64,000 bases of DNA from NCBI GenBank assembly GCA_030390025.1, contig CM059432.1:2232001-2296000 (forward strand), in the 5' to 3' direction. Position numbers and translations under genes: made by a program. Positions 1 through 11,170 of the stretch are shown in pieces. Every line of letters starts with the position of its first letter. The stretch's first letter is position 1. This DNA comes from Squalus acanthias (lineage: Eukaryota). The notes beneath the pieces are model-generated. The model did not search any database and was not told the origin of the DNA. It worked only from the letters and a program-made list of their open reading frames with translations.

Positions 1-17
1 TCCACAATGGGCACAGA

Positions 18-863
18 GGGGGCGAATTCTCCCAGCCCTGGGGAGGCGGGTTTGGAGGCGGGACTGCGGGAAAATGGCAGAATCTGGGAGCGGGTACCCA
101 TCCCGCCCCCAACCCGCCTCCGTGCCATCTTCCCAGGAGGCGGGTACCCAACCCGCACTGGGAGCCGCCTCCTGGAGGCGGGAAGGTGATTAGTGCCAAT
201 TAACTGCCTGTTAACAGGTAGTTAACAGGCAGTTTTTTGGCTAATCCCTATTTTGCCACCTAAAGTGTGGGCTTCCCGACGTCTCCGAACCGCGCCAGGG
301 TCAGCGAGGTGAGCCGTGGGTCTGCGGGGGTCGGAGGGGCCGAGATGTCCGTTGTGCAGGTGAGTGAAGGGTGCATGTGTGCAGAGGTAAGTGTGTGAGG
401 TGTGTGTAAAGTGTTTTAATAAGTTTTACTTACCTTTACTTCTTCCTGCAGGCTTCCTCCCTTCAGGTCTCGGGAGTCCCTCAGTTCACCGGCACAGAAA
501 GCAGAATGGCCGCTGAACTGTCAAAAGCTGCAGCCTTCTGTTTTCTGCTCAGGAAGGCTTTCTAATTGAGTCTCGAGTAAAGACTCAACTTAGAAGACAG
601 ATTGTCAGTGTTTGACAGCTTCACAGAGCCATCAAACGCTGACATTTCATCTGTCAAAAGCTCTTGACAGATGAAACGTCACTCGCTGACGTCACCTGTA
701 ACCGGCTTTCCCTTAATTGGCCTGCTGAGCCCGCTGGGCGGGCTTAACAATGTCAATCAAGGGAAAATAGCATGGGTTGGCCACAAGTCGATGGGAGGCG
801 GGACTAAAACCCGACGAGTGGGAGTCCCACCTCCAAAAGCTCCCCATTGACAAAATCCAGCCC
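18..863. mobile_element. MITE-like non-autonomous DNA element (possibly Harbinger-related)
   Basis: GC-rich. Begins gggggcgaattct and ends aaaatccagccc, the reverse complement of the gggctggatttt terminus at 9150. Several internal hairpins (603-642, 645-677, 728-744). Confidence 0.5.
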
Positions 864-1074
864 ATAGACTTTGAACTTTATAGACATCCCACAAAAAAAG
901 ACACTTGTGCAAACACATTTACAAATGCTTTTCATTCATCGCTGCAGCACACACGAAACATAATGGAAAACCTCCTGCAACTTAACATACTTGGGAGGGG
1001 AAACATTCGCTGGGCTATGGGGAAAGTGCAGAGAGGGTAGGACTATGTGCAGAGCTCTTTCAAAGAGCCGGCAG

Positions 1075-1680
1075 CAGCAACAACTTGTATTTATACAGCG
1101 CTTTAGCATAGTAAAGCGTCCCAAGGCACTTCACAGGAGCGATTATCAAACAAAATTTCACACCGAGCCACATAAGAATAAATTAGGGCAGGTGACCAAA
1201 GCTTGGTCAAAGAGGTAGGTTTTAAGGAGCGTCTTAAAGGAGAGAGAGAGGTAGAGAGGCGGAGAGGTTTAGGGAGGGAATTTCACAGTTTAGGACCCAG
1301 ACAGCTGAAGGCACGGCCACCAATGGTGGAGCGATGAAAACCAGGGATGCTCAGGAGGGCAGAATTGGAGGAGCGCAGAGATCTCGGAGGGATGTGGGGC
1401 TGGAGGAGATTACAGAGATAGGGAGGGGGGCGAGGCCACGGAGGGATTCGAAAACGAGGATGAGAATTTTGAAATCGAGGGGTTGCTTCACCGGGAGCCA
1501 ATGTAGGTCAGCGAGCACAGGGGGCGATGGGCGAACGGGACTCGGTGCGAGTTAGGACACGGGGCAGCAGAGATTTGGATGAGCTGAAGTTTATGGAGTG
1601 TGGGAGATGGGAGGCCGGCCAGGGGAGCGCTGGAATAGTCGAGTCTGGAGGTAACAAAGGCAGGGGTGAGAGTTTCAGCA
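1075..1680 (-). mobile_element. L2-clade LINE 3' fragment
   Basis: ORF2 C-terminal motif STIGGRAFSCLGPKL and a 3' tail ending in (GTT)n. Confidence 0.8.
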
Positions 1681-2304
1681 CGATCTGCTGAATGGCCTCC
1701 TTTTGTGCTGTATCATTCTATGCCATGAGGAGTCCCCAGATGATCACCCTCAACAGTTTGAAAATGTAATCTGCCTGGGGGCTCAAAGAATTTAAATAGT
1801 TACTTTAAAAATGACCCAGCTTAGCTGAAATGTATGATTTTCAGTGACAGACGCACAGCATTTTTTAAAACTCAATACCCATGCCATTAGCGTCTTTTTA
1901 AAAATCAGAAACTGATTTAAACTTTCAATTTTGCTTCGCTACCTTGTGGATTGTAATTTTGAATCAAAAACCATCAGGCTTTGAAAATGACAGTTAAAAA
2001 TGCAGTACAATGCGAAGAAATTAAAAAGCAACATTTGAAATCCAGTTACGACCAGCGTATTAAACTACCACCCCTCGCCGTTTCACAGGCTCGACATCTC
2101 AAACCCTCTTCACCAGCCTCCCGAACACCTTCCTATACACACTCCAACTGGTCCAGAACTGTTAGATATACAGCACGGAAACAGGCCATTCGGCCCAACT
2201 GCTCCGTGCCGGTGTTTATGCTCCACACGAGCCTCCTCCCACCCCTCTTCATCTCACCCCATCAGCAAATCCTTCTATTCCTTTCTCCCTCATGTGTTTT
2301 TATC

Positions 2305-2560
2305 TCTGCGCGCCTCCAATTCTGGCCTCTTGCGCATCCCCCGATTTTAATCGCTGCACCATTGGCGGCCGTACCTTCAGCTGCCTGGGCCCTAAGCTCT
2401 GGAATTCCCTCCCTAAACCGCTCCGCCTCTCTCTCTCTCCTCCTATAAGACACTCCTTAAAACCCACCTCTTCAACCAAGCCCCTGCTCACCCGTCTCAA
2501 TATCTCCTCTGCCACCTATATCCTGTTCCACACTCCCATCACCCCCCGCTCTGGCTGACT
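2305..2560 (+). mobile_element. L2-clade LINE fragment
   Basis: Encodes TIGGRTFSCLGPKLWNSLPKPLRL. Confidence 0.7.
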
Positions 2561-2650
2561 TCCACTAGGACCCCGTTTCTCAATACGCTTCACAGCCTCA
2601 GTGGCCCAAATCCCTGCCTGAATCTTACGGTCATCCAACTCTGGACCCTC

Positions 2651-3000
2651 GTCTTTCGGATGAGACGTTAAACCGAGGCCCCATCTGCCCTCGCAGGTGG
2701 ACGCAAAAGATCCCTCGGCCACTATTTCGAAGAAGAGTAGGGGACGTTCTCCCTGGTGTATTAGGGCTAATACTTAACCCTCAACCAACATCACCAAAAA
2801 AAAACAAACCAGATGATCTGATCATTATCACATTGCCGTTTGTGGGAGCTTGCTGTGCGCAAATTGTTGTAATGTAGGAAACGCGGCAGCCAGTGACTAC
2901 ACTTCAAAAAGTACTTCATTGGCTGGAAAGCGCTTTGGGACGTCCTGAGGTCATGAAACTTGCTGTAGAAATAAAAGTCTGTCTTCATTTTCTTTCTTTC
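2651..3000 (+). mobile_element. DeuSINE-like (SacSINE1-like) SINE, 5'-truncated
   Basis: Deu-domain-like core (tttcggatgagacgttaaaccgagg...aaaagatccc...gaagaagag) with an L2-like tail. Confidence 0.75.
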
Positions 3001-4057
3001 CCCGTGGCACACATTTGGGTGTCCCACTTTCTGGAACGCCCTCCCTAGACCGCTCTACTTCTAGCTTTGTCTTTTTTGACAGTGTCTTGGGCCACCTGTC
3101 CTTCACCCTCCAATCCTTTATTTGTGTGTCTCTCTCGCTCTCCTGCAGAAAGCACCCTGGGGACATCTTACAACATCAAAGGCACCCATAAAAATACACT
3201 GACGCTGTACATGGCGAACTGCCACTATTTAAAAAAAAAAAAATTAATAGATTTCAAATCTGCATCAAATATATTGGGAATCGGAGCAATAAATGGTTTT
3301 ACAGTCTGCACCGGGGGTGGGTGAATGAGCACTTATACGGGCTCAAAGCATAATATGATGGGCAATGAGTGCCTGGAGAAGACAGGCATTCAGTTTATAG
3401 AAACTGATTTGCAGGAATACATGTTACAATGGTTCAATTCAATTTGATTTGGTTGCCGATATTTTTTTTTTGTTTAAAAACTGAATACTTCCCGATATAG
3501 TCCTTCCGTGTCCTGGCCAGTATTGGCTCCTCAATCAAACATAATTTATTTTTTAAAAAAGAGACAGATTGTCTGTTCGTTTATCCCGTTGCCGTTGGTG
3601 GGAGCTTGCTGTGCGCAAATTGGCTGCCGCGTTTCCCTACATTACAACAGCGACTGCGCTTCAAGAAGTGCCTCGTCGGCTGTGAAGCGCTTTGGGACGT
3701 CCGGAGGTCGGAAAAGGCGCTCTGTACAGAGATGCGAGTTCTTCACAGAAGCATGCAGCACAGAAGGAGGGCGTTCGGCCCAGCGTGTCTGTGTCCGCTT
3801 TTTGAAAGAGCCATCCAATTAGTCCCACTCGCCAGCTGCTCTTTCCCCGTAGCCCTGCTAGTTTATCCTTCCCCCCCCCCCGTCCCCCATCCCCACCCAG
3901 TATATAGAGTGGGATCTTGCTGTGCGCAAATTGGCTGCCGGGTTTCCCCATGTTACAACGGTGACTACAATGTACTTCATTGGCTGTAAAGTGCCTCTGT
4001 ATTCAGGTATATTTCATGGTTCTTTCCTCCACTAAATTGCTCAGTGAGTTTGTTGCC

Positions 4058-4150
4058 AAAAGCAAAATACTGCGGATGCTGGAAATCTGAAATAAAAACA
4101 GAAAATTGCTGGAAACACTCAGCAGGTCAGGCAGCATCTGTGGAGAGAGA
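4058..4150. mobile_element. Penelope-like element terminal fragment
   Basis: aaaagcaaaatactgcggatgctggaaatctgaaat...ctcagcaggtcaggcagcatctgtggagagag; same family as the hairpin at 24088-24280. Confidence 0.55.
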
Positions 4151-4167
4151 GAGAGAGAGAATATCTC

Positions 4168-5178
4168 AGAATGATACAGCACAGAAGGAGGCCATTCGGC
4201 CCATCGTGCCTGTGCCGGCTCTTTGAACGAGCTCTCCAATTAGTCCCACTCCCCCCTGCTCTTTCCCCACAGCCCTGCAAATTTTACCTGTTTCAAGTAT
4301 TTATCCAATTCCCCTTTTGAAAGTTACTGTTGAATCTGCTCCCACCGACCCTTCAGGCAGCGCATTCCAGATCACAACAACTCGCTGCGTAAAAAAAATC
4401 CTCATTTCCCCTCTGGTTAGCGTAAGAACTATCAATTAGGAGCAGGAGTCGGCCATACGGCCCCTCAAGTCTGCTCCTCCATTCAATAAGATCATGGCTG
4501 ATCATCGACCTCAACTCCACTTTCCCGCCCGATCCCCATATCCCTCGATTCCCCATGAGTCCAAAAATCTATCGATCTCAGCCTTGAATATACTCAACGA
4601 CTGAGCATCCACAGCCCTCTGGGGCAGAGAATTCCAAAGATTCGCAATCCTCTGAGTGAAGAAATTTCTCCTCATCTCAGTCTTAAATGGCCGACCCCTT
4701 ATCCTGAGACTATGCCCCCTAGTTCTAGACTCTCCAGCCAGGGGGAAACAACCTCTCAGCATCTACCCTGTCAATCCCGTTCAGAATCTTGTATGTTTCA
4801 GTGAGATCACCTGTCATTCTTCTAATCTCCAGAGAGTATAGGCCCATTCTACACAATCTCTCATCATAGGACAACCCTCTCATCCCAGGAACCAGTCTAG
4901 TGAACCTTTGTTGCACCCCCTCTAAGGTAAGTATATCCTTCCTTAAATAAGGAGACCAAAACTGTGCACAGTACTCCAGGTGTGGTCTCACCAGAGCCCT
5001 GTACAATTGTAGCAAGACTTCCTTACTGTTGTACTCCAACCCGCTTGCAATAAAGGCCAACATGCCATTTGGCTTCCTAATTGCTTGCTGCACCTGCATG
5101 CTAACTCTCTTTTGCCAATTATCTTAAATCTGTGTCCTCTGGTTACCGACCCTCCTGCCACTGGAAACAGTTTCCCCA
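4168..5178 (-). mobile_element. Nested CR1 LINE 3' fragments
   Basis: The inner copy (about 4425-5107) encodes YRALVRPHLEYCAQFWSPYLRKDI and RNFFTQR. The outer copy's sequence resumes after about 5105. Confidence 0.85.
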
Positions 5179-5407
5179 GAAGTTACAGGAAGAAAACATC
5201 AAGGATAAAGACAGACAGCAGATTAATATTAAAGAGTTATGGATATAACTTTAGATGAAATTAAAACTCCTGCACCAGTGCTAACACAAGGAAAGTGTCG
5301 AGGAGTTTCCTCGTTTCTTTTTCCGCCGCAGTGTGTACACACAGGAAATGTAGAGGAAAAGGAATAAAAATAATGAGGGGTGGGGGGGGTAAAGTATACT
5401 GGTTTTA

Positions 5408-6170
5408 TAGAATAGGACAGCACAGAAGGCGGCCATTCGGCCCATCGAGTCTGCGCCGGCTCTTTCAAAGAGCAATCCAGTTAGTCCCACTCCCCCGCTC
5501 GTTCCTTGTATCATAGAATCATAGCAACTTACAGCACAGGAGGAGGCCATTCGGCCCGCCGTGCCTGTGCTGTCTCTTTGAAAGAGCCGTCGTGCTCAGT
5601 CCCACATCCTCGCGTATTGTCCGTAACCCTGTGAGCTCCTCACCCCAAGAACCCGTCCAACTCCCGTTTAAAATTATTTGTGAATCAGCTTCCACCACCT
5701 TTTCAGGTCGAGTGTTCCAGATCCCGGCAACTCAGTGAAAACAAAATTCACATCGCCCCTCTAGATCTTTCCCAATGATTTTGAATCTATGACCTCTGGT
5801 TATTGACCCACTCGCCAGAAGGAATAGTTTTTCCCTATTTACTCTTTTCAAAACCTCTCATCACCTTGAAAACCTCTATTGGGTCACCTCTTAACCTTCT
5901 CTGTTCCAAGGAGAACAGTCCGAACTTTTCCAACCTCTCCTCATAACTGAAGTCCCTCATCCCTGGTAACATCCCGGTAAACCTCCTCTGTACCCTTTCT
6001 AAGGCCTTTACATCTTTCCTGAAGTGTGGAGCCCAGAATTGTCCACAATACTTTATACCCCAGCAATTTTTTCTCCTTCCAAGTATTTATCCAATTCCCT
6101 TTTGAAGGCTACTATCGAATCTGTTTCCACCGCCCTACCGGGTAGTGCGTTCCAAATCCTAACTACTCGT
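5408..6170 (-). mobile_element. Nested CR1 LINE 3' fragments
   Basis: Two CR1 3' tails (ggccattcggccc) and decayed ORF2 C-terminal sequence. Confidence 0.7.
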
Positions 6171-6405
6171 TTCCTTTCATGAGGAGAGGGGAGAAGTAGA
6201 ATTCAGGACAAAGCCTTACTTGTAACAAAAATACATTGTTCTAACAAGGTTGTACTGTAAGTCACATCAGCCGTTAACAGCTAAACTCACGCCGTTAGTG
6301 CGATCGCAAGTCTAAGAAAATAAAAAACTGTCCAGCAAAAAAAATAATCACAGGAACTGCAGCCATATCTGACCATATCAACAATATAAGGTCCTTTCAT
6401 TTTTA

Positions 6406-6790
6406 AATGAGAAGTGTGATGGCTGTAGTGTGTACAAGATGCACTGCAGCAACTCGCCAAGGCTTCTTCGGCAGCACCTCCCAAACCCGCGACTTCTACC
6501 ACCTAGAAGGCCAAGGGCAGCAGGTGCATGGGAACACCACCACCTCCAAGTTCCCCTCCAAGTCACACACCATCCTGACTTGGAAATATATCGGCCGTTC
6601 CTTCATCGTCGCTGGGTCAAAATCCTGGAACTCCCTCCCTGACCGCACTGTGGGAGCACCTTCACCACATGGACTGCAGCGGTTCAAGAAGGCGGCTCAC
6701 CACCACCTTCTCAAGGGCGATTAGGGATAGGCAATAAATGCCGACCTTGCCAGCGACGCCCACATCCCATGAATTAACAAATAAAAAAAA
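6406..6790 (+). mobile_element. Poly(A)-tailed CR1-group LINE (family B), 3' fragment
   Basis: Encodes SFIVAGSKSWNSLP...FKKAAHHHLLKG; the tail gcaataaatgcc...cacatcccatgaa is followed by poly(A). Confidence 0.75.
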
Positions 6791-6957
6791 GTGTTGTTTG
6801 GAGTGCTGCGAGATTCCTTGTCTACTGCAGTGCAGTTTTAATAATAATATTCAAAAGTATTTAGAAACTAGTTCAAAATAACAGTTTGTTAAAAAAAAAG
6901 GCAGCCTTTTCAGGATATAAGGCTGCCAGGAGACACAGACTACTAAGTACTGTTTAC

Positions 6958-7149
6958 CTGTCAGTTGACATTGATTAATCTTGTGTTCAGTGAGATCAGT
7001 TAGTGAATCGAACACCTGGAGGCAGCTGTCACAGCTGTGCGGAACATCCTCATCTAATTCCTCGTCCTCCTGCTTTTGTTCCGGGAGCTTTTTCTCCTGA
7101 CGAGTCACTCGTCCTTCTTCACCTTCCCTTCCAAACTGTGACGGCAGTT
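6958..7149 (-). CDS. ZNF521: ZNF521 exon encoding an acidic linker and the first zinc finger
   Basis: Translates as (E)LPSQFGREGEEGRVTRQEKKLPEQKQEDEELDEDVPHSCDSCLQVFDSLTDLTEHKINQCQLT, matching the recalled ZNF521 segment HSCDSCLQVFESLSDITEHKINQCQLT. Acceptor ccgttcag|AA and donor ACAG|gtaaac; 192 nt, phase 1/1. The acceptor position is less certain than the donor. Confidence 0.92.
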
Positions 7150-7248
7150 CTGAACGGATACAACCAGTCATTTTTGAGGGAATGGGGGAGGGGGGGATGT
7201 TTTACCACATTAAAGGCGCTATATAAATACAAGTTATTGTTGTTTAAT

Positions 7249-7472
7249 TGTCCTGGCCAATATTTATCCCTCATCTAACATAACAAAAAAAAACAGATGA
7301 TCTAGTCAGTATCACATTGCTATTTGTGGGAGCTTGCTGTGCGCAAATTGGCTGCCATGTTTCCCACATTACAACAGTGCCTACACTTCAAAAGTAATCC
7401 ATTGGCTGTAAAGCGCTTTGAGACGTCCAGTGGTCGTGAAAGGCGCTATATAAATGCAAGTCTTTCTTTCTT
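7249..7472 (+). mobile_element. DeuSINE-like SINE, 3' half
   Basis: gtgggagcttgctgtgcgcaaattggctgcc...aggcgctatataaatgcaagtctttctttc. Confidence 0.75.
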
Positions 7473-7936
7473 TCAAAGATCAGCAGGCTCGAAGGGCCGA
7501 CTCCTATTTCTTATGTTCTCATGAATGCAACAGGACGGTTGGCTTCCCTGATTGGAAATGGATGGAAAGGTGGTAGATGAGTGAATGTGAAGTGAAGTTG
7601 CCAGATTTACTGGAGGATAGTGAATCTGCTGTGCTGTCAAGCCACAGCGCTGAGCCGACTGTTACATGGGGTCGCTAGCAGTCCTTATCCACTATACTAC
7701 TTTCTTTTGCTTTCTGAATTTTAATCAGAGTTCGATTAGGATTTCAGGTTGGGTTCAGTGACCAAACTTAGACATACGCTCTCAATCATCTGGATTGACA
7801 AACATGCTGCTTCCAATGGCAATAGCAACCCTGAATCCACCGGATAATTAATACTGGAACCAGCTGAATTCAAAAATCTAAACTTTGATGACGTTCAAAC
7901 GTGACACAAACATTGCTCAGCATGAAAAAGACAAGG

Positions 7937-8325
7937 CAACAACTTGCATTTATACAGCGCCTTTAACGTAGTAAAACGTCCCAGGGCGCTTCACAGGAGC
8001 GATTATCAAACACAATCTGACATCGAGCCACATAAGGAGATATTAGGACAGGCGACCAAAAGCTTGGTCCAAGAGGTCGGTTTTAAGGAGCGTCTTAAAG
8101 GAGGAGAGAGAGAGAGAGAGAGGCGGAGCGGTTTAGGGAGTGAATTCCAGAGCTTAGGGCCCAGGCAGCTGAAGGCACGGCCGCCAATGGTGGAGCGATT
8201 AAAATCGTGGATGGGCAAGTGGTCACAATTGGAGGAGAGCAGAGATCTCGGGGGGTTGTGGGGCTGGAGGAGGTTACAGAGATAGGGAGGGGTCGAGGAG
8301 GGATTTGAAAAGAAGGATGAGAATT
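7937..8325 (-). mobile_element. L2-clade LINE 3' fragment
   Basis: Encodes RSTIGGRAFSCLGPKLWNSLPKPLRL; L2 tail present. Confidence 0.8.
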
Positions 8326-8647
8326 AAAAAAAAAAGACAGATTTATCGGCAGACCGAGACATGCTTCTTACTATGTACTGCAGACAAATTATTGGAAGCA
8401 GGGAACATTGAATGGTTGGAATGATTATAGATCGGGTTTCACTCACTGCGCGGATTCTGTACTCTAAGTGCACATCCAATTTCCGGCATTTGTCTCTTTC
8501 TGACGATGAATTTAATATCCTCAAAATTTTGAGAGCCGTCTCCTTCATGGCTTTAGTCAATGAATCTCTAGCCCCAAAGAAATAGGTAGTGAAAATGATC
8601 TGGTCCAAATTAATCTTGTTTGTTTTATCCACTGATGGAAGATAAAA

Positions 8648-9148
8648 ATGAAGAGGGTGGAGGAGCCGAGGGATCTGGGGGTACAGATTCACAAATCACA
8701 AACAGTAGCGACGCAGGTTAACAAGGCCGTAAAACATGCAAACCAAGCACTGGGGTTCACTTCTAGAGGGACAGAATTGAAAAGCAGGGAAGTTGTGTTA
8801 AACTTGTATCGAACCTTGGTTAGACCGCACTTGGAGTTACTGTGAACAGTTCTGGTCTCCATATTACAAAAAGGATATAGAGGCACTGGAGAAGGTGCAA
8901 AAAAGATTTACAAGCAGGATACCAGGAATGAGGGGTTATACCTATCAGGAAAGATTGAACAGGCTGGGTCTCTTTTCTCTAGAAAAGAGAAGGCTGAGGG
9001 GTGACCTGGTAGAGGCCTTTTTAAAATTATGAAGTGGTTCGAGAGGGTGGATGTAGAGATAGTTTACGCTTGTGGGCGAGACCAGAACTAGAGGCCGTCA
9101 ATGTAAGATAGTCGCTAATAAATTCAATAGGGAATTCAGGAGAAACGT
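8648..9148 (+). mobile_element. CR1 LINE ORF2 fragment
   Basis: Encodes RDLGVQIHKS...LYRTLVRPHLE; cut off where the Harbinger-like element begins. Confidence 0.8.
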
Positions 9149-9731
9149 AGGGCTGGATTTTGCGGGGTGGGGGTGGGGGGGGGGGGGGGTGTCAGTGGGT
9201 TTTGTGGGTTTCTCTTCCCCCCCCCCCCCACAAACAGGTTAGGACCCCGCTGTGAACCCGCCGCCACACGCCTTTCCCCGATGGCGGGTCTGTCAGCGCT
9301 GAGCAGACCCGACAGGCAGCGGCGGGAGACCCAATTCAGGTCATTAGTGACTTGTTTAGAGCCACTTGAGAATGATTTTCAGCTCACCTGCTGCATTTGA
9401 CAGCTCGCCCACAGGGTCCACGCTGGTCGTGGACCACGTCTGTCAAGCTGAGGCGGGAGTGCAGTGGCCATTGAATCAGCTGTTGAGTTGACAGCTTCAA
9501 ATGTCCAGTAAAAGCTCCCACCTTACAGAGATATCTTCCCTCAGCCACAAGCTCTTCCTCACTGCATTTCCACAACAGATTCAGCATGCTACAAGTCTCC
9601 ATCCAGTCTGACCTCATTACCTCTCTCACCATTGACAGATCGCTTCTGTCATCTCTACTTCACCTGCCATCTGTTCCATCAGTGAGAAGTCGCACAACAC
9701 CAGGTTATAGTCCAACAGCTTTATTTGAAAT

Positions 9732-9766
9732 CACAAGCTTTCGGAGCGCTGCTCCTTCATCAGGTG
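9732..9766 (-). ncRNA. Minimal type I hammerhead ribozyme motif
   Basis: The minus strand reads cac-CTGATGA-a-ggagc-agc-gctcc-GAAA-gc-TT-gtg. This gives the CUGANGA and GAAA core boxes, stem II ggagc/gctcc, stem I cac/gtg and a palindromic AGCT at stem III. Confidence 0.65.
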
Positions 9767-9777
9767 CTCCTTCACTT

Positions 9778-9813
9778 CACCTGACGAAGGAGCAGCCGCT
9801 CCGAAACCTTGTG
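9778..9813 (+). ncRNA. Minimal hammerhead ribozyme motif, second copy with a mutated stem III palindrome
   Basis: cac-CTGACGA-a-ggagc-agcc-gctcc-GAAA-cc-TT-gtg. Confidence 0.55.
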
Positions 9814-10614
9814 GTTTCAAATAAAGCTGTTGGACTATAACCTGGTGTTGTGCGACTTCTCACTTTTGTCCACCCCAGTCCAACACCGGCATCTCCACAT
9901 CACATCTATTCCATCAGCATGGGTGCCCTTTATACTGTCTCACCTTGGTCCTCAGAATCCCACCATGATCAGCCCCAACACCAGCAGCACCAACAACACC
10001 ACCAACCTTCTCTGCAATCAGCTGGTGCTGCACAGGACACAGGGCATCAGCACCCGACCACATTGCTGCCCAGGAGGCCAGGGATGGTCTCACCACGGTC
10101 AGATTTACTTCACTTGACGCTGTACACCCTGGCTGCCACATGATGTGCCAGGTTGGCACCACCCCACAGCAACACCATAAAGCATCCCTACAATGCCCAA
10201 GCCATTCCTTTCACACTCATCACCATTGCGGGGGGTACCGTTATGTCTCACCATTCACTGCAACTCACTAAGACACTTCCATAGGACACATAAATCTGAT
10301 CAAGAACGCAAAGTGTTGAAAATAAAGGTTTCAATGTTTGACAGCACATTAACAGAAACTTTACATGAACATTGCATAAAACACCCAAGTGCCTACCCTT
10401 GTGTGTTGTTAGTTGGTATGCTTGCACGAGGATGAGGATGAGTGTGAGGGGTGGCTAGTGAGATGGAAAGTGATAATATAGATAGAGAGGGATGGATGGA
10501 GGTGCAAGGTAAGTTGGTGTGAGTAAGGATGTGCAGGAGTAGGGTAGGGAAGGCAGAGTGATGGGGATGTGATGAGAAGCACAGCGGGATGAGGTTGAGT
10601 GTGGCTTTGTACTA

Positions 10615-10830
10615 ACGTTTCGTGATCTACTGAGATCATAGAAAGGTTTGCGCCACTGCACCCAGGTCCTCCTGACCACATCCCTGCTTGTGTCCTTCTC
10701 TGCTATGTGCAACCAGGCTGTGTTGATCTCCTGGGGAGGTCCCTTCCACCCATGGGAAGGGAAGAGGACCTCCCTGTGTGCATATGGAGAGCGTCATGGG
10801 AGAGCCTGGGTGCAGCCCTGTGCCTTTGTG
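10615..10830 (-). pseudogene. Myb/SANT-like DNA-binding domain remnant (Harbinger accessory ORF)
   Basis: AAPRLSHDAL, then a frameshift, then REVLFPSHGWKGPPQEINTAWLHIAEKDTSRDVVRRTWVQWRKPFYDL. This fits the AW..IA....S.....RT..Q.RK...DL pattern. A donor-like gttagt follows. Confidence 0.65.
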
Positions 10831-11170
10831 CAGTGATTGTCAGTGTTTGCAGCACCTCAATGCTGTAGAACACTGACAGCACAAATGTCAAAATAAAGGT
10901 GGCCGTGGTCCCTTTAAGGAAACTAGCTGATGATGACGTCACCAGACCCGCTTCCTCTAATTGGCCGGGAAACACGTTGGGCGGGGCTAAACAATCCCAA
11001 TCAAGGGAAAGTCATTTCAGAGGCCAGGATGGAGCCGACAGCGGGGTCGTGACCCGCCACCGACATCGCCCGACACGGACCCGCCGAGGTCAGCGAGCTC
11101 GCGGCCTGAGTGTTCACCCAGGCACAGGAAGACATGCTGCAGTGAACCAGCATACTGACTGCTTCCCTGT

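Larger units (their letters stand above)
9681..9902. mobile_element. Penelope-like inverted-repeat insertion with a 15-bp target-site duplication
   Basis: Arms 9681-9766 and 9778-9864 are near-perfect reverse complements. Flanked by catctgttccatcag (9668-9682) and catctattccatcag (9903-9917). Confidence 0.7.
9150..11106. mobile_element. Decayed PIF/Harbinger-like DNA transposon
   Basis: Left terminus gggctggatttt. A minus-strand Myb/SANT-like remnant lies at about 10615-10830, matching the type of accessory ORF Harbinger elements carry. The right end is approximate. Confidence 0.65.

Noticed and set aside
4003..4035. ag|TGGAGGAAAGA (VEERT) as a ZNF521 exon
   Set aside because: It hits a stop within 10 codons and lies downstream of the zinc-finger exon; the real VEE exon is at 47342-47401.
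6851..7171. 106-aa ORF as a standalone gene
   Set aside because: Only 6958-7149 looks exonic; the rest is intron read-through on either side of the splice sites.
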